Positions 8,441 to 17,227 of a stretch of 64,000 bases of DNA are shown here, in pieces. The notes below the pieces were generated by a model, which did no database searches, was not told the origin of the DNA, and worked only from the letters and a program-made list of their open reading frames with translations. How positions within the stretch are numbered: the first letter of the stretch is position 1; every line of letters begins with the position of its first letter. The DNA is from Candidatus Latescibacterota bacterium (GTDB taxonomy: Bacteria; Latescibacterota; UBA2968), in contig OZ242320.1 in NCBI GenBank assembly GCA_965208125.1, positions 2,208,001 through 2,272,000 on the forward strand, written 5' to 3'. The position numbers and the translations under genes were made by a program.

Positions 8441-9723
8441 TAATCCATGGGTTCAAAAATTTCTTTTCCCCCCAGATAGGGGCGCAGGATTTCGGGGATG
8501 GTGACGCTGCCATCACTATTTTGATTTTGTTCGACGATTGCGGGGATGATGCGGCTGGTCGCCAGGCCCGAGGCGTTGAGGGTGTGTACGAGTTCGTTTT
8601 TGCCGGTTTCTGTGCGTTTGAATCTGATGCTGCCGCGTCTGGCCTGGTAGTCGCTTGCATTGGATGCGGAGCTGACTTCTTTGTATTCGTTCATGCTGGG
8701 GATCCAGACTTCGATGTCATAGGTTTTGGCCATGGATGCGCTGACGTCTTTTGCGGCGAGCATGGAGACGCGGTGATGCAGGCCCAGGCCCCGGGTGAGT
8801 TGTTCGGCTTTGTGGATGAGTTCTTCAAGCGCGTCTTCGGAGTCTTCGGGACGGGTGAATTGGAACATTTCGATTTTGTTGAATTGGTGCCCGCGAATCA
8901 TGCCCCTTTCCTGCGCCCGATAGCTGCCGGCTTCTTTGCGATAACAGGGGGTGTAGGAGAAGAATTTTTTGGGCAGGTCTGTTTCGGGGATGATTTCGTC
9001 CCGGTAGAAGTTGATTAAGGCGGTTTCGGAGGTGGGCAAGAGGAATTGCACTTTGTCGTCGCCCGTTTTGAGGTGGAATACGTCGTCGGCAAATTTGGGA
9101 AATTGCCCGGCGGTGAAGCCACATGCTTCGTTGAGTATGTGTGGGGGGAGTACAAATTCGTATCCGTCGTCAATGTGGCTGTCGATGAAGTAGTTGAGCA
9201 ATGCCCATTCGAGGCGTGCGCCGTCGCCGATGTAAAGCCAGAAGCCGGTTCCGCCCATTTTGACGCCGCGTTCGTAGTCGATCAGGCGAAGATGGGTGAC
9301 GAGTTCGACGTGGTCCTGGGGATCAAAATCGGGTTCGGGTTTTTCGCCCCATGTGCGTACGACGCGGTTGTTTTCTTTGTCTCCGGGGGGTACGTCGTCT
9401 GCGGGTATGTTGGGAAGGCTTTCGACGAATGTGTGGATGTTTTGCTCGATTGCCGCGAGTTCGGTTTCAATGGTTTTGATGCGGGTCGAGACGTCGCGCA
9501 TTTCTGTTTGTATCTGGGCGATGTCTCCGCCCGCTTTTTTTATTTGGGGGATTTGGGCAGAGACGCTGTTGCGTTTTGCACGCAGTTGTCCGGCTTCTGC
9601 GATGTATGCGCGGCGTTTTTCATCCCAGATGAGCAGGTCTGTGAAGTCGATGTCGTCCATGCGTTTTTGCAATGCCCGGGTGACCTGTTCGGGGTTTTTG
9701 CGAATGAGATTGATGTCGAGCAT
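8440..9723 (-). CDS. serS: Seryl-tRNA synthetase
   Basis: MLDINLIR start, coiled-coil arm, LLPTSE, CYRKEAG, GMIRGHQFNKIE, EVSSASN..DYQARR, HTLNASGLA. Confidence 0.97.
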   Translation of the reverse strand: MLDINLIRKNPEQVTRALQKRMDDIDFTDLLIWDEKRRAYIAEAGQLRAKRNSVSAQIPQIKKAGGDIAQIQTEMRDVSTRIKTIETELAAIEQNIHTFVESLPNIPADDVPPGDKENNRVVRTWGEKPEPDFDPQDHVELVTHLRLIDYERGVKMGGTGFWLYIGDGARLEWALLNYFIDSHIDDGYEFVLPPHILNEACGFTAGQFPKFADDVFHLKTGDDKVQFLLPTSETALINFYRDEIIPETDLPKKFFSYTPCYRKEAGSYRAQERGMIRGHQFNKIEMFQFTRPEDSEDALEELIHKAEQLTRGLGLHHRVSMLAAKDVSASMAKTYDIEVWIPSMNEYKEVSSASNASDYQARRGSIRFKRTETGKNELVHTLNASGLATSRIIPAIVEQNQNSDGSVTIPEILRPYLGGKEIFEPMD

Positions 9724-9782
9724 GAAGGATTACTCCTGAAATGAAGCGGTTAGCAATCAGCAAAACCCGTGCTGTGCCTGAA

Positions 9783-9818
9783 AGCCGTCATTGCGGCAGG
9801 GTTTTAGCCGCAATCCAG
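9783..9818 (+). repeat. GTCAT-GCGGC...GCCGC-ATCCAG palindromic repeat family
   Basis: Copies at ~20239-20274, ~46760-46791, ~49089-49121 and ~58259-58314; half copies at ~28797 and ~56619. Confidence 0.8.
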
Positions 9819-9857
9819 TGAAATAGAAAAAAATGTGCCAATTTGTTAGTCGATATG

Positions 9858-9996
9858 TGGTCTTTTTGACCATCATGTTCCATTTTTAACACATGAAATT
9901 TTGCAGACAGAAATGAACATTTTTTAATAAGTTGCTATAAATCAGTTAATTAAGAAAATTTTTTTAAAAAACGAAAAAAATGGCACCGAATTTGCT
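9858..9996 (+). promoter_or_regulatory. sigma54 promoter with candidate UAS and IHF site
   Basis: TGGCAC-CGAAT-TTGCT at 9981-9996; IHF-like AATCAGTTAATTA at 9940-9952; dyads TGGTC-N5-GACCA (9858-9872) and ATGT-N12-ACAT (9875-9894). Confidence 0.75.
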
Positions 9997-10059
9997 TATG
10001 AATAAAGATACCAGAATACTGTCATAAGTTACAAGCACCGCAAAAGAAAGGATAGAACG

Positions 10060-10212
10060 ATGTACATTGATGCGGAAAAACGCGACCAGATGGCTTATCG
10101 CGCGCTGTATTATGCCATTCACGGTGATGTTGACCGATCTGAAAAGATTCGGATAATGCTGCGCCGAGATCACGAGACACAGGAACGGGTTCCTGTGCCC
10201 GAATTTGCCTGA
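10060..10212 (+). CDS. 50-aa small protein downstream of a sigma54 promoter
   Basis: AAGGA RBS; MYIDAEKRDQMAYRALYYAIHGDVDRSEKIRIMLRRDHETQERVPVPEFA*; too short for the ORF track. Confidence 0.65.
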   Translation: MYIDAEKRDQMAYRALYYAIHGDVDRSEKIRIMLRRDHETQERVPVPEFA

Positions 10213-10279
10213 AGAAGGTGAGACGTGAGATGTAGCTCCCCCTCTTATTTTTACGTCTTACGTCTTACCTTGCCGTGCT

Positions 10280-10319
10280 AAAAACTGACACTGGGCTTTT
10301 AACCCGGTGTCTTTTTTTA
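10280..10319. terminator. Probable bidirectional intrinsic terminator
   Basis: GACACTGGG/CCCGGTGTC stem flanked by A- and T-runs between convergent genes. Confidence 0.6.
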
Positions 10320-11246
10320 TTCCAAAATTTTTCGAATGTTGAATTTTTCATTGGGCTGTGGACCCCGGGTCAACATGTCGGCGAGCAGGCCCGTGCAGAT
10401 AAATTGCACGCCGAGTACGGTCAGGAAAACTCCGAGCATGAGCAGGGGATACCGGTATTGAATGGTGCCGGTTTGGAACCAGAGAGATGCGATGTATGCG
10501 TTGATGAGCATGCCTGCGATGCCAAATATGAGGCCCACGGTGCCAAAGAGGTGGAGTGGCCGGCCCATGTATTTTCCGATGTACATGACGGTGAGGAGGT
10601 CAAAAAAGCCTTTGAGCAGGCGCCCCCAGCCATATTTGGTTACGCCGTATTGCCGCGGGTGGTGCTGAACGGGAATTTCACCGATGCGGTACCCTTCCAG
10701 GTGGGCGAGTACGGGGATGTAGCGGTGGAGTTCGCCGAGTATGCGTATGTCTTTTGCGACTTCGCTGCGATAGGCTTTGAGGCCGCAGTTAAAGTCGTGT
10801 ATGTCAATGCCCGATACAAATCCCGTGACCCAGTTGAAAAATTTGGAGGGTATGGTTTTGCCCAGTGGGTCAAAGCGCTTTTTCTTCCATCCGGAGACGA
10901 GGTCATAACCTTCTTCGATTTTTGATAGGAGGTTGGGGATTTCTGCCGGGTCGTCTTGCAGATCGGCGTCCATGGTGATGATGTATGTGCCGCGTGCGTG
11001 TTGAAATCCGGCGGTATAAGCAGCGGCTTTGCCAAAGTTGCGCCGAAATTGGATGATTTTGACTTCGGGATAGGTGTTGTGCAGGTCTTCCAATACGGCG
11101 ATGGAACCGTCGGTGCTGCCGTCGTCGATGAAGATGACTTCGTAGGTGCGATCCTGGGTAGAGAGTACGCCGCGGATTTGTTCCATGAGCGGGCGCAGGC
11201 TTTCCTCTTCGTTGAGCAGGGGTATGACGAGGCTGAGGTCGGGCAT
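10317..11246 (-). CDS. GT2 glycosyltransferase (ArnC/DPM1-like)
   Basis: LSLVIPLLNEEE, IDDGSTD, RNFGKAAA, MDADLQDDP, two C-terminal TM helices. Confidence 0.92.
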   Translation of the reverse strand: MPDLSLVIPLLNEEESLRPLMEQIRGVLSTQDRTYEVIFIDDGSTDGSIAVLEDLHNTYPEVKIIQFRRNFGKAAAYTAGFQHARGTYIITMDADLQDDPAEIPNLLSKIEEGYDLVSGWKKKRFDPLGKTIPSKFFNWVTGFVSGIDIHDFNCGLKAYRSEVAKDIRILGELHRYIPVLAHLEGYRIGEIPVQHHPRQYGVTKYGWGRLLKGFFDLLTVMYIGKYMGRPLHLFGTVGLIFGIAGMLINAYIASLWFQTGTIQYRYPLLMLGVFLTVLGVQFICTGLLADMLTRGPQPNEKFNIRKILE

Positions 11247-11331
11247 GGGTATGTGTTGTTGAGGTTAGAAGATGAAAATTAGACACAAAGATAGCAAAGC
11301 GCGCGTTTTTTGACAAATGCGAATGGGGTGG

Positions 11332-12987
11332 TCATTCGAATTTTAAGACGTACGTATCGGGATTGCGTATGATGTGGAGGAGTTCAAATCGGTTTCTATG
11401 TGCCTGGATGGCGGGGACGAGAAATTCGGGTGTGGAGCGAAATCCGAGCTGGTCAACAACGACGATGCTGATGCGCTTTTTTTCAAAGTCGGCGATTACC
11501 TCATCCGGTGCTTTCCAGACGTAGCCCGCGGCTTTGCGGTTGGTGATGGCGTTCATGAGATAGGGTTTGCGACAGATGATTTTGACATCGGGTTCGGTGT
11601 TGTTTTTGATCCATTCTGCTGCGACAAAGTAATTGTCCCAGTTGGGGGGCAACCATCCGATGCGTTGGGAGAGGGCGTGGGTTGCAAAGATGTTTGAGCC
11701 GAGGAGAAAGAGAAAGAAGAGTACGACACCCGCGCGCGATGCGGTTTTTTTTAGTGCTCTGGCGAGGAGTTGGAGGAGTTCGTCCATGCTGGTGAGGATG
11801 GCGTAGAAGAAGATGGGGATGGCGGGGACGAGAAAGCGCGTGTCGGACCAGACCTGGGGCCAGAGGATGTAGAGGCCCAGATAGCAGGTGAGATATACGA
11901 TGAGTAAGTGCCGTTTCAGGAGTCCGGCGATCAGGGCGTAGAGGATTATGCCGGAGAAGACGAGGCCGACGAAGTATGTGCTGAATCCGGGGTCCGTACT
12001 GGATGTAAATGTGGGTACAAATATTTGTGGGATGACGTGCAGGCCGTAGATTTCGAGATTTTCGAGGATGCGTTCAATCAGGGTGGCGAATGTGAGTGCG
12101 CCTTCTTCCGGGCGGTAGGGGTTTATGCTGAGGAGTTGTTGGATGTAGGGCGTGCCGCCGAGTGATGCGTTGCGGATTTGCCACGGGAGGGCGAGGAGGA
12201 GGCTGCCTATGGCGATGATGCCGGTTTCTTTCCATTTTTTGTGCAGGGCAAAGAAGAGTATGCCGGTGCCGACGAGGATGATGCCCGCGCTGCGGATGTA
12301 GTAGGCAGCGATTATGGCGATAATTGCAAAAAGGATCCACAAAGGACACGCACAGGCGAAGCCTACAACGCCGCGAAGCAAGTAACAAACACGAAGAAGA
12401 AAGGCTTTTACCCCCTTCGTGTTCTTGGTGTCCTTCGTGGATGAGCCGTTGTGTGCGCGGTGAAGAAGGAGGAGCGCTATGAGAGAGCACAGGAGAAAGG
12501 GTATTTCGGACATGACCTGGTGCGAATAATCCAACAGGTGAGGCGAGGCGAGGCATAGCGCGCTTACGCCGAGTGCCATGGGGGGAGCGGCAAACTCGCG
12601 GATGAGGAGATAGGTGAGTGGGATTGAGATGGCGTAGAGGAGGACGACGAGGCTTTTGAGTGCGATGAGGTTGCCGGGGAAGATGATGTGGACTATGGCG
12701 AGGAGGAGCGGAAATCCAAAGGGGTATTTGGTGTGTGGGATGGGTTCGCCTTCGATGGTTTCCGAGAGGCCGTATCCATCTGCAAGAGATCGGCCCAGGT
12801 TGATGAATTGGGCATTGTCGCCGGTGAGGGAGAGATTGGCGTCAAAGAGGAGTATGCCCATGAGCAATCCGCACAGGCCGAGTGCGGGGAGAAAATAGGG
12901 TTTGCGCTCGTGCTGCGCGAGGTTGAAGGATGGAGAGGATGCCTTTGGGGGTTCTGTTTTTCGACGTTTTCGGCGTTTTTTGCTCAT
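11332..12987 (-). CDS. GT-C (ArnT/PMT-like) polytopic membrane glycosyltransferase
   Basis: GDNAQF, YPFGFPLLL, SEIPF motifs and many TM segments. Confidence 0.75.
   Translation of the reverse strand: MSKKRRKRRKTEPPKASSPSFNLAQHERKPYFLPALGLCGLLMGILLFDANLSLTGDNAQFINLGRSLADGYGLSETIEGEPIPHTKYPFGFPLLLAIVHIIFPGNLIALKSLVVLLYAISIPLTYLLIREFAAPPMALGVSALCLASPHLLDYSHQVMSEIPFLLCSLIALLLLHRAHNGSSTKDTKNTKGVKAFLLRVCYLLRGVVGFACACPLWILFAIIAIIAAYYIRSAGIILVGTGILFFALHKKWKETGIIAIGSLLLALPWQIRNASLGGTPYIQQLLSINPYRPEEGALTFATLIERILENLEIYGLHVIPQIFVPTFTSSTDPGFSTYFVGLVFSGIILYALIAGLLKRHLLIVYLTCYLGLYILWPQVWSDTRFLVPAIPIFFYAILTSMDELLQLLARALKKTASRAGVVLFFLFLLGSNIFATHALSQRIGWLPPNWDNYFVAAEWIKNNTEPDVKIICRKPYLMNAITNRKAAGYVWKAPDEVIADFEKKRISIVVVDQLGFRSTPEFLVPAIQAHRNRFELLHIIRNPDTYVLKFE
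12335..12442. mobile_element. 108-bp MITE-like palindromic insertion, in frame within the GT-C gene
   Basis: 15-bp terminal inverted repeats ATCCACAAAGGACAC / GTGTCCTTCGTGGAT (1 mismatch) and inner AACACGAAG/CTTCGTGTT; encodes STKDTKNTKG...CPLW. Confidence 0.7.
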
Positions 12988-13001
12988 GATATAAGTCCGA
13001 A

Positions 13002-14750
13002 CTATTGGGGCTGGAATTTCAATTTTGGTGCGCCGCGCATTTCGGGATTCGCCAAAAGTCTTTCTAATACGGTCTTCGCATTGGCATATTCTGGATTGAT
13101 AGATAGGGCTTGCCTGTATGCCGATATCGCGTCCTCAATTTTTCCCTGTGTTTGGAAGAGGACGCCCAATATAAAATAATTCTGTTCATTTTTGGAATCT
13201 GTTTTTACAATCAGGCGAAAAAACTGAATCGCTGCGTCAATATCGCCGCGTTCATAAAGCTCGATTCCTACTTTTTTTATATAACTGACATATGCCGGAT
13301 TTCTTTTGGCTACAACTGAAAATACCTGAACTGACTCCGAAAATCGATTCTGCAAGTATAGAACATGGCCATAATTTAAAAAGCCTTTATCATTTTCAGG
13401 CCACATTCGTATTGTCTCCTGAAACATTTGAAGAGCCTTATCGAGGTAGCCAACTTTTACATAAGCTATCCCCAAATTATTTGTCAAGAGCGCATTTTTT
13501 ATATCGTATTCTGATAGAATACGCTCATAATATGTGATCGCTGTTTCAGGATCATTTTTATGTTTGGAGCTCTCATGAAAATTTGCAGCCTGCAATAGGT
13601 AGTGCCCTTCGTAAATTTTCATTTTTCGCAAACTGAAAATTGTAAGACCTGCAATGATCAGCGAAAAACAGGCGATTTTTAAGCGTGAACTTAAGGGAAT
13701 AATAGAAAAGAGATAGAGTAAAAAGACAGCGAGAACAGTTGCCCCGCCTATCGCAGGACAATACCAATATCGAGGGAAGTAGGAGTAATTATCCCATAAT
13801 GTATATGGCAAAATTGTCACGAGAATCCAGACAGAGGCAAAACAAATGGTTTTGGACCGATAGGCAGCATATCCCAATCCAATCAGGATTATCAGTCCCG
13901 CTACTGCATACCAATTGAAATAGGCTCTCGGGACATCAAAAGGCGCACCGGACTCCCAGCCGAATGGTGTAAAGCTCCAATTTAAAAAAAGTCGTCCTAT
14001 AAAAAAAGCGAAGTTATAGGGTATGTGTAAACCCAGACGATAGATTTCTTGATTTGATGGGAGATTCTGGTAATAGATTTCATTGATTAAAAACATCAGG
14101 GCAGCAACAACGAGAAAGGGCAATAGAACAGTGACGTCCTTAAAACGCGGCTTTGTTTTTTGTTGAAACCACATAAAAAGAATAATTGCAAAAATAACGC
14201 CCAATGATTCGTAACTAAAAATTGTCGCTGCATAGGCAAAAGAAGCGATAATGAGATGAACTTTGCGGTTGGATGCCAGATATTTTGCAAAAAAGAGAAC
14301 AGATGTCATGGCAAAGCCAGTTCCCAAAAGTGCGGCACTGGCTGATACCCAATAGATTGCTTCATAGTGCGTTGTGTTGATCGCAAATAAAAATCCACCC
14401 AGAGCCGCGAGCTTTGGGCAAGAAAAGAGCGTCAGTAAGAGCCGGGCACACAGCAGGCTGTTGAGAACGTGAAATAAGATGTTGAGAATATGATACCCTG
14501 TTGGATCTTCACCAAAGACCTTGTAAGCTGCATAAAAATAGAAGGATAAGACAAACCGTAGCCGCAGTGCCGTTTTTTCAGGTGAAAAAATAGCAGTTAT
14601 GTTTTCCTGTGCGTTCTTTGCTTTTTCAATATGATCAAAGTCATCATAAGACCAGGGGTGATTGCGCAGTCCTGCGAAACCAATTCCACAAAGGCAAGTT
14701 ATACACAGAATGTAGATCAACAGATAACGAGTTGGTACTCTGTCACGCAT
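13002..14750 (-). CDS. TMTC-like membrane protein (GT-C-like N-terminus plus C-terminal TPRs)
   Basis: YDDF, GYHILNILFHVLN, H.EAIYWVSA and C-terminal TPR motifs; AT-rich. Confidence 0.8.
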   Translation of the reverse strand: MRDRVPTRYLLIYILCITCLCGIGFAGLRNHPWSYDDFDHIEKAKNAQENITAIFSPEKTALRLRFVLSFYFYAAYKVFGEDPTGYHILNILFHVLNSLLCARLLLTLFSCPKLAALGGFLFAINTTHYEAIYWVSASAALLGTGFAMTSVLFFAKYLASNRKVHLIIASFAYAATIFSYESLGVIFAIILFMWFQQKTKPRFKDVTVLLPFLVVAALMFLINEIYYQNLPSNQEIYRLGLHIPYNFAFFIGRLFLNWSFTPFGWESGAPFDVPRAYFNWYAVAGLIILIGLGYAAYRSKTICFASVWILVTILPYTLWDNYSYFPRYWYCPAIGGATVLAVFLLYLFSIIPLSSRLKIACFSLIIAGLTIFSLRKMKIYEGHYLLQAANFHESSKHKNDPETAITYYERILSEYDIKNALLTNNLGIAYVKVGYLDKALQMFQETIRMWPENDKGFLNYGHVLYLQNRFSESVQVFSVVAKRNPAYVSYIKKVGIELYERGDIDAAIQFFRLIVKTDSKNEQNYFILGVLFQTQGKIEDAISAYRQALSINPEYANAKTVLERLLANPEMRGAPKLKFQPQ

Positions 14751-14895
14751 TAAAAGTTTCCAATTGGTTTAACCAGAGCGCGATTGTCGATAGGGTTGAC
14801 AGAATCAATTTACGCATGGTATGTTTCTGGTGCTCAATAATATAACACAATTTTGCCTAAAATTGTTCGCGCGATTGAAAAAGGAGAATTCCGTT

Positions 14896-15975
14896 TTGAA
14901 AATTGCCATTACTGTTGAGGCATTAAAAAACAAATATTTTGCGGGAGTTGAGCAGTATATCTACAATCTCACCTGCCAGCTTTTAAGTCGCAGTGAGCTT
15001 GATCTGACGCTTATTGCACCATCAGATTTCCCTCATTCCCTTTTTCCTGCCCATACCCGTGTGATCTACCATGATCCGACTCTGGTATTGGGGAGCGGTT
15101 TTGTTTCGGCTGTTTTTTCCCCGCCCAAAAATCTTTCAAATTTTGATCTGGTTCATTGTCCCACCGTGACTGCTCCCTTTTTTTTTCGGCCCAATTCCAG
15201 GGTCGTTATGACTGTTCACGACCTGATTCCTCTTCTTTTCCCCAGGTGGCAGACCACCAGGCGAGTCCTGTATTTTAAATATTTTTTGAAGTATCGATTC
15301 CGGTTTGTGGATAGATTTATTGCCGTTAGCAATACCACCAAACAGGATCTCATTGATCACTTCGAGATACCTGAGGACAAAATTGATGTGGTCTATGAAG
15401 GGGTTTCTAAGCAGTTCAGACCAATCGAAAAAAAAAGAGAAGATTTCATCCTTGCTGTTGGTACTCTGGAGCCGAGAAAAAATTTCAAAAGAATTATTGA
15501 GGCCTATATCTCCCTTCGAAAAGAAAAAAGAATCAGTGACAAACTGATTATTGTGGGAAAAAAGGGGTGGCTTTTTGATGATATTTTGACCATCCCCGAA
15601 TCGTTCCAAGATGATATTATCTTCAAAGGTTACGTATCTGAAGATGAGTTGATTAGCCTATTTCAGACCGCACGTTTTTTTATTTACCCTTCAATGTACG
15701 AAGGGTTCGGCCTTCCTATTCTCGAGGCCATGGCTTGTGGATGTCCTGTCATAACGAGTAATACGTCGAGTATGCCTGAAGTGGCGGGCGATGCAGCCCT
15801 TCTTGTAGATCCTTACCGGATAGAAGAGATAAAAAACGCCATCTACACTCTGACAAATGATGCGGAATTGTGTACTAAAATGAGTGCTGAAGGAATTGGC
15901 AGAGTTTCACGGTTTTCGTGGCAGCATGCCGCCGCACAAACCTCTCAAGTGTATGAAAAGACACTGACTACTTGA
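14896..15975 (+). CDS. GT4 glycosyltransferase (MtfB-like)
   Basis: TVHDLIP, VGTLEPRKN, YPSMYEGFGLPILEAMACG; TTG start after AGGAG. Confidence 0.9.
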   Translation: MKIAITVEALKNKYFAGVEQYIYNLTCQLLSRSELDLTLIAPSDFPHSLFPAHTRVIYHDPTLVLGSGFVSAVFSPPKNLSNFDLVHCPTVTAPFFFRPNSRVVMTVHDLIPLLFPRWQTTRRVLYFKYFLKYRFRFVDRFIAVSNTTKQDLIDHFEIPEDKIDVVYEGVSKQFRPIEKKREDFILAVGTLEPRKNFKRIIEAYISLRKEKRISDKLIIVGKKGWLFDDILTIPESFQDDIIFKGYVSEDELISLFQTARFFIYPSMYEGFGLPILEAMACGCPVITSNTSSMPEVAGDAALLVDPYRIEEIKNAIYTLTNDAELCTKMSAEGIGRVSRFSWQHAAAQTSQVYEKTLTT

Positions 15976-16033
15976 AAGTGCTGCTGTATTCAGACTGTTT
16001 TTGAGTATGGCTTTTCCTGAGAATTGCGCGATG

Positions 16034-17107
16034 TCAGTCAATTAGTCTTTTGTATATATCCAGATAAGATTTTGCGGCGTTATCCCAGCTATATTGTTTG
16101 GCCCAGGCGATCATTTTGTTGGCTTTAGATGCATTAAAGTTTTTGAGACCCTGTTCAATGACATCTGTCATCTCACGAGGATCAAAACTTGCAAAATAAT
16201 GCGCGTGACTGCCACAAACTTCAGGCAGGCTGGTCTTGCAAGAGACGAATGTTGGTTTTCCCTTTGCCATGCTTTCAACAGGCGGAATGCCAAATCCCTC
16301 CAAAAGTGATGGAAACAAAAAGGCTTTACAATTTTCAATGAGATAGGATTTTTCTGCTTCGGTTACGGTTCCGACCATAAAAACTCGATTTTCCAATTTT
16401 TTTTCCTGTATTCGCTTGCGGATCATACTTGCATAAGGTCTTTCTCTGCGCAAGTGTTCGGTGTGTGTACTACCCGCGATGATGAGAGACTCTTCACGTA
16501 GTTCCATTAAATCAATTAGCGTATGGAAGTTCTTTCTTTCTGCAACAGCACCAATTGTCAGGAAGTATTTTTCCGGGATTGGAAAGGAAGGTTTGGCTAT
16601 GCTTTCACTTAAGGCTACGCCATTATAGATGACAGACATTTTATTTTCAGGTATATGAAAATAATGAAGGGTCTGGTTTTGAGCAAATTTTGATATAAAG
16701 ACAATGTGCCCACCGATTTTTTCTATGTGTTCTATCTTTCTGTTTAATTGATGCAGGAATCCCTTTTTGAAACGGTCGGATTTATTGCTGTCGTTGTGTT
16801 GCGCGTGGATGTGTAACTCGTTCATATCGTGGATGGTTAGTACGAGTTTTGAGCTTTTGGGATTGTAATGGCTTCCCTGATAGGTGGCATGCCAAATTTT
16901 GGATTTGGGGAGTAAATGGGGAAGGATCCGATGCAGGAGATTGGCCCGATAATGCATACCCCTGTGCCTTTCGAGATTGGAACCGTAAAATCCCAGGTCC
17001 ATATTTTCATTTAAGTTGAGTAGAGCTTGACTTAAATTCAGGCAAAACTGTCCTATTCCAGTATGGGGACGCACAGTTTCTTCCATGTCGAGGATAACGT
17101 CTTTCAC
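16034..17107 (-). CDS. GT4 glycosyltransferase (MtfB-like)
   Basis: TIHD, ERKN, FPSLLEGFGIPPVESM; GTG start after GGAG (track start 17224). Confidence 0.88.
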   Translation of the reverse strand: MKDVILDMEETVRPHTGIGQFCLNLSQALLNLNENMDLGFYGSNLERHRGMHYRANLLHRILPHLLPKSKIWHATYQGSHYNPKSSKLVLTIHDMNELHIHAQHNDSNKSDRFKKGFLHQLNRKIEHIEKIGGHIVFISKFAQNQTLHYFHIPENKMSVIYNGVALSESIAKPSFPIPEKYFLTIGAVAERKNFHTLIDLMELREESLIIAGSTHTEHLRRERPYASMIRKRIQEKKLENRVFMVGTVTEAEKSYLIENCKAFLFPSLLEGFGIPPVESMAKGKPTFVSCKTSLPEVCGSHAHYFASFDPREMTDVIEQGLKNFNASKANKMIAWAKQYSWDNAAKSYLDIYKRLID

Positions 17108-17227
17108 AATATGTCTCCAGAGGTAGGTGATAAATTGATGCGAGATGTAGAATAGGGCTTTCCGTTTTATCCGAAAAGCCCGTAAAACCCACTCGCAGAG
17201 AGCTTTAGCGTTGGGAGTAGTCACGTT

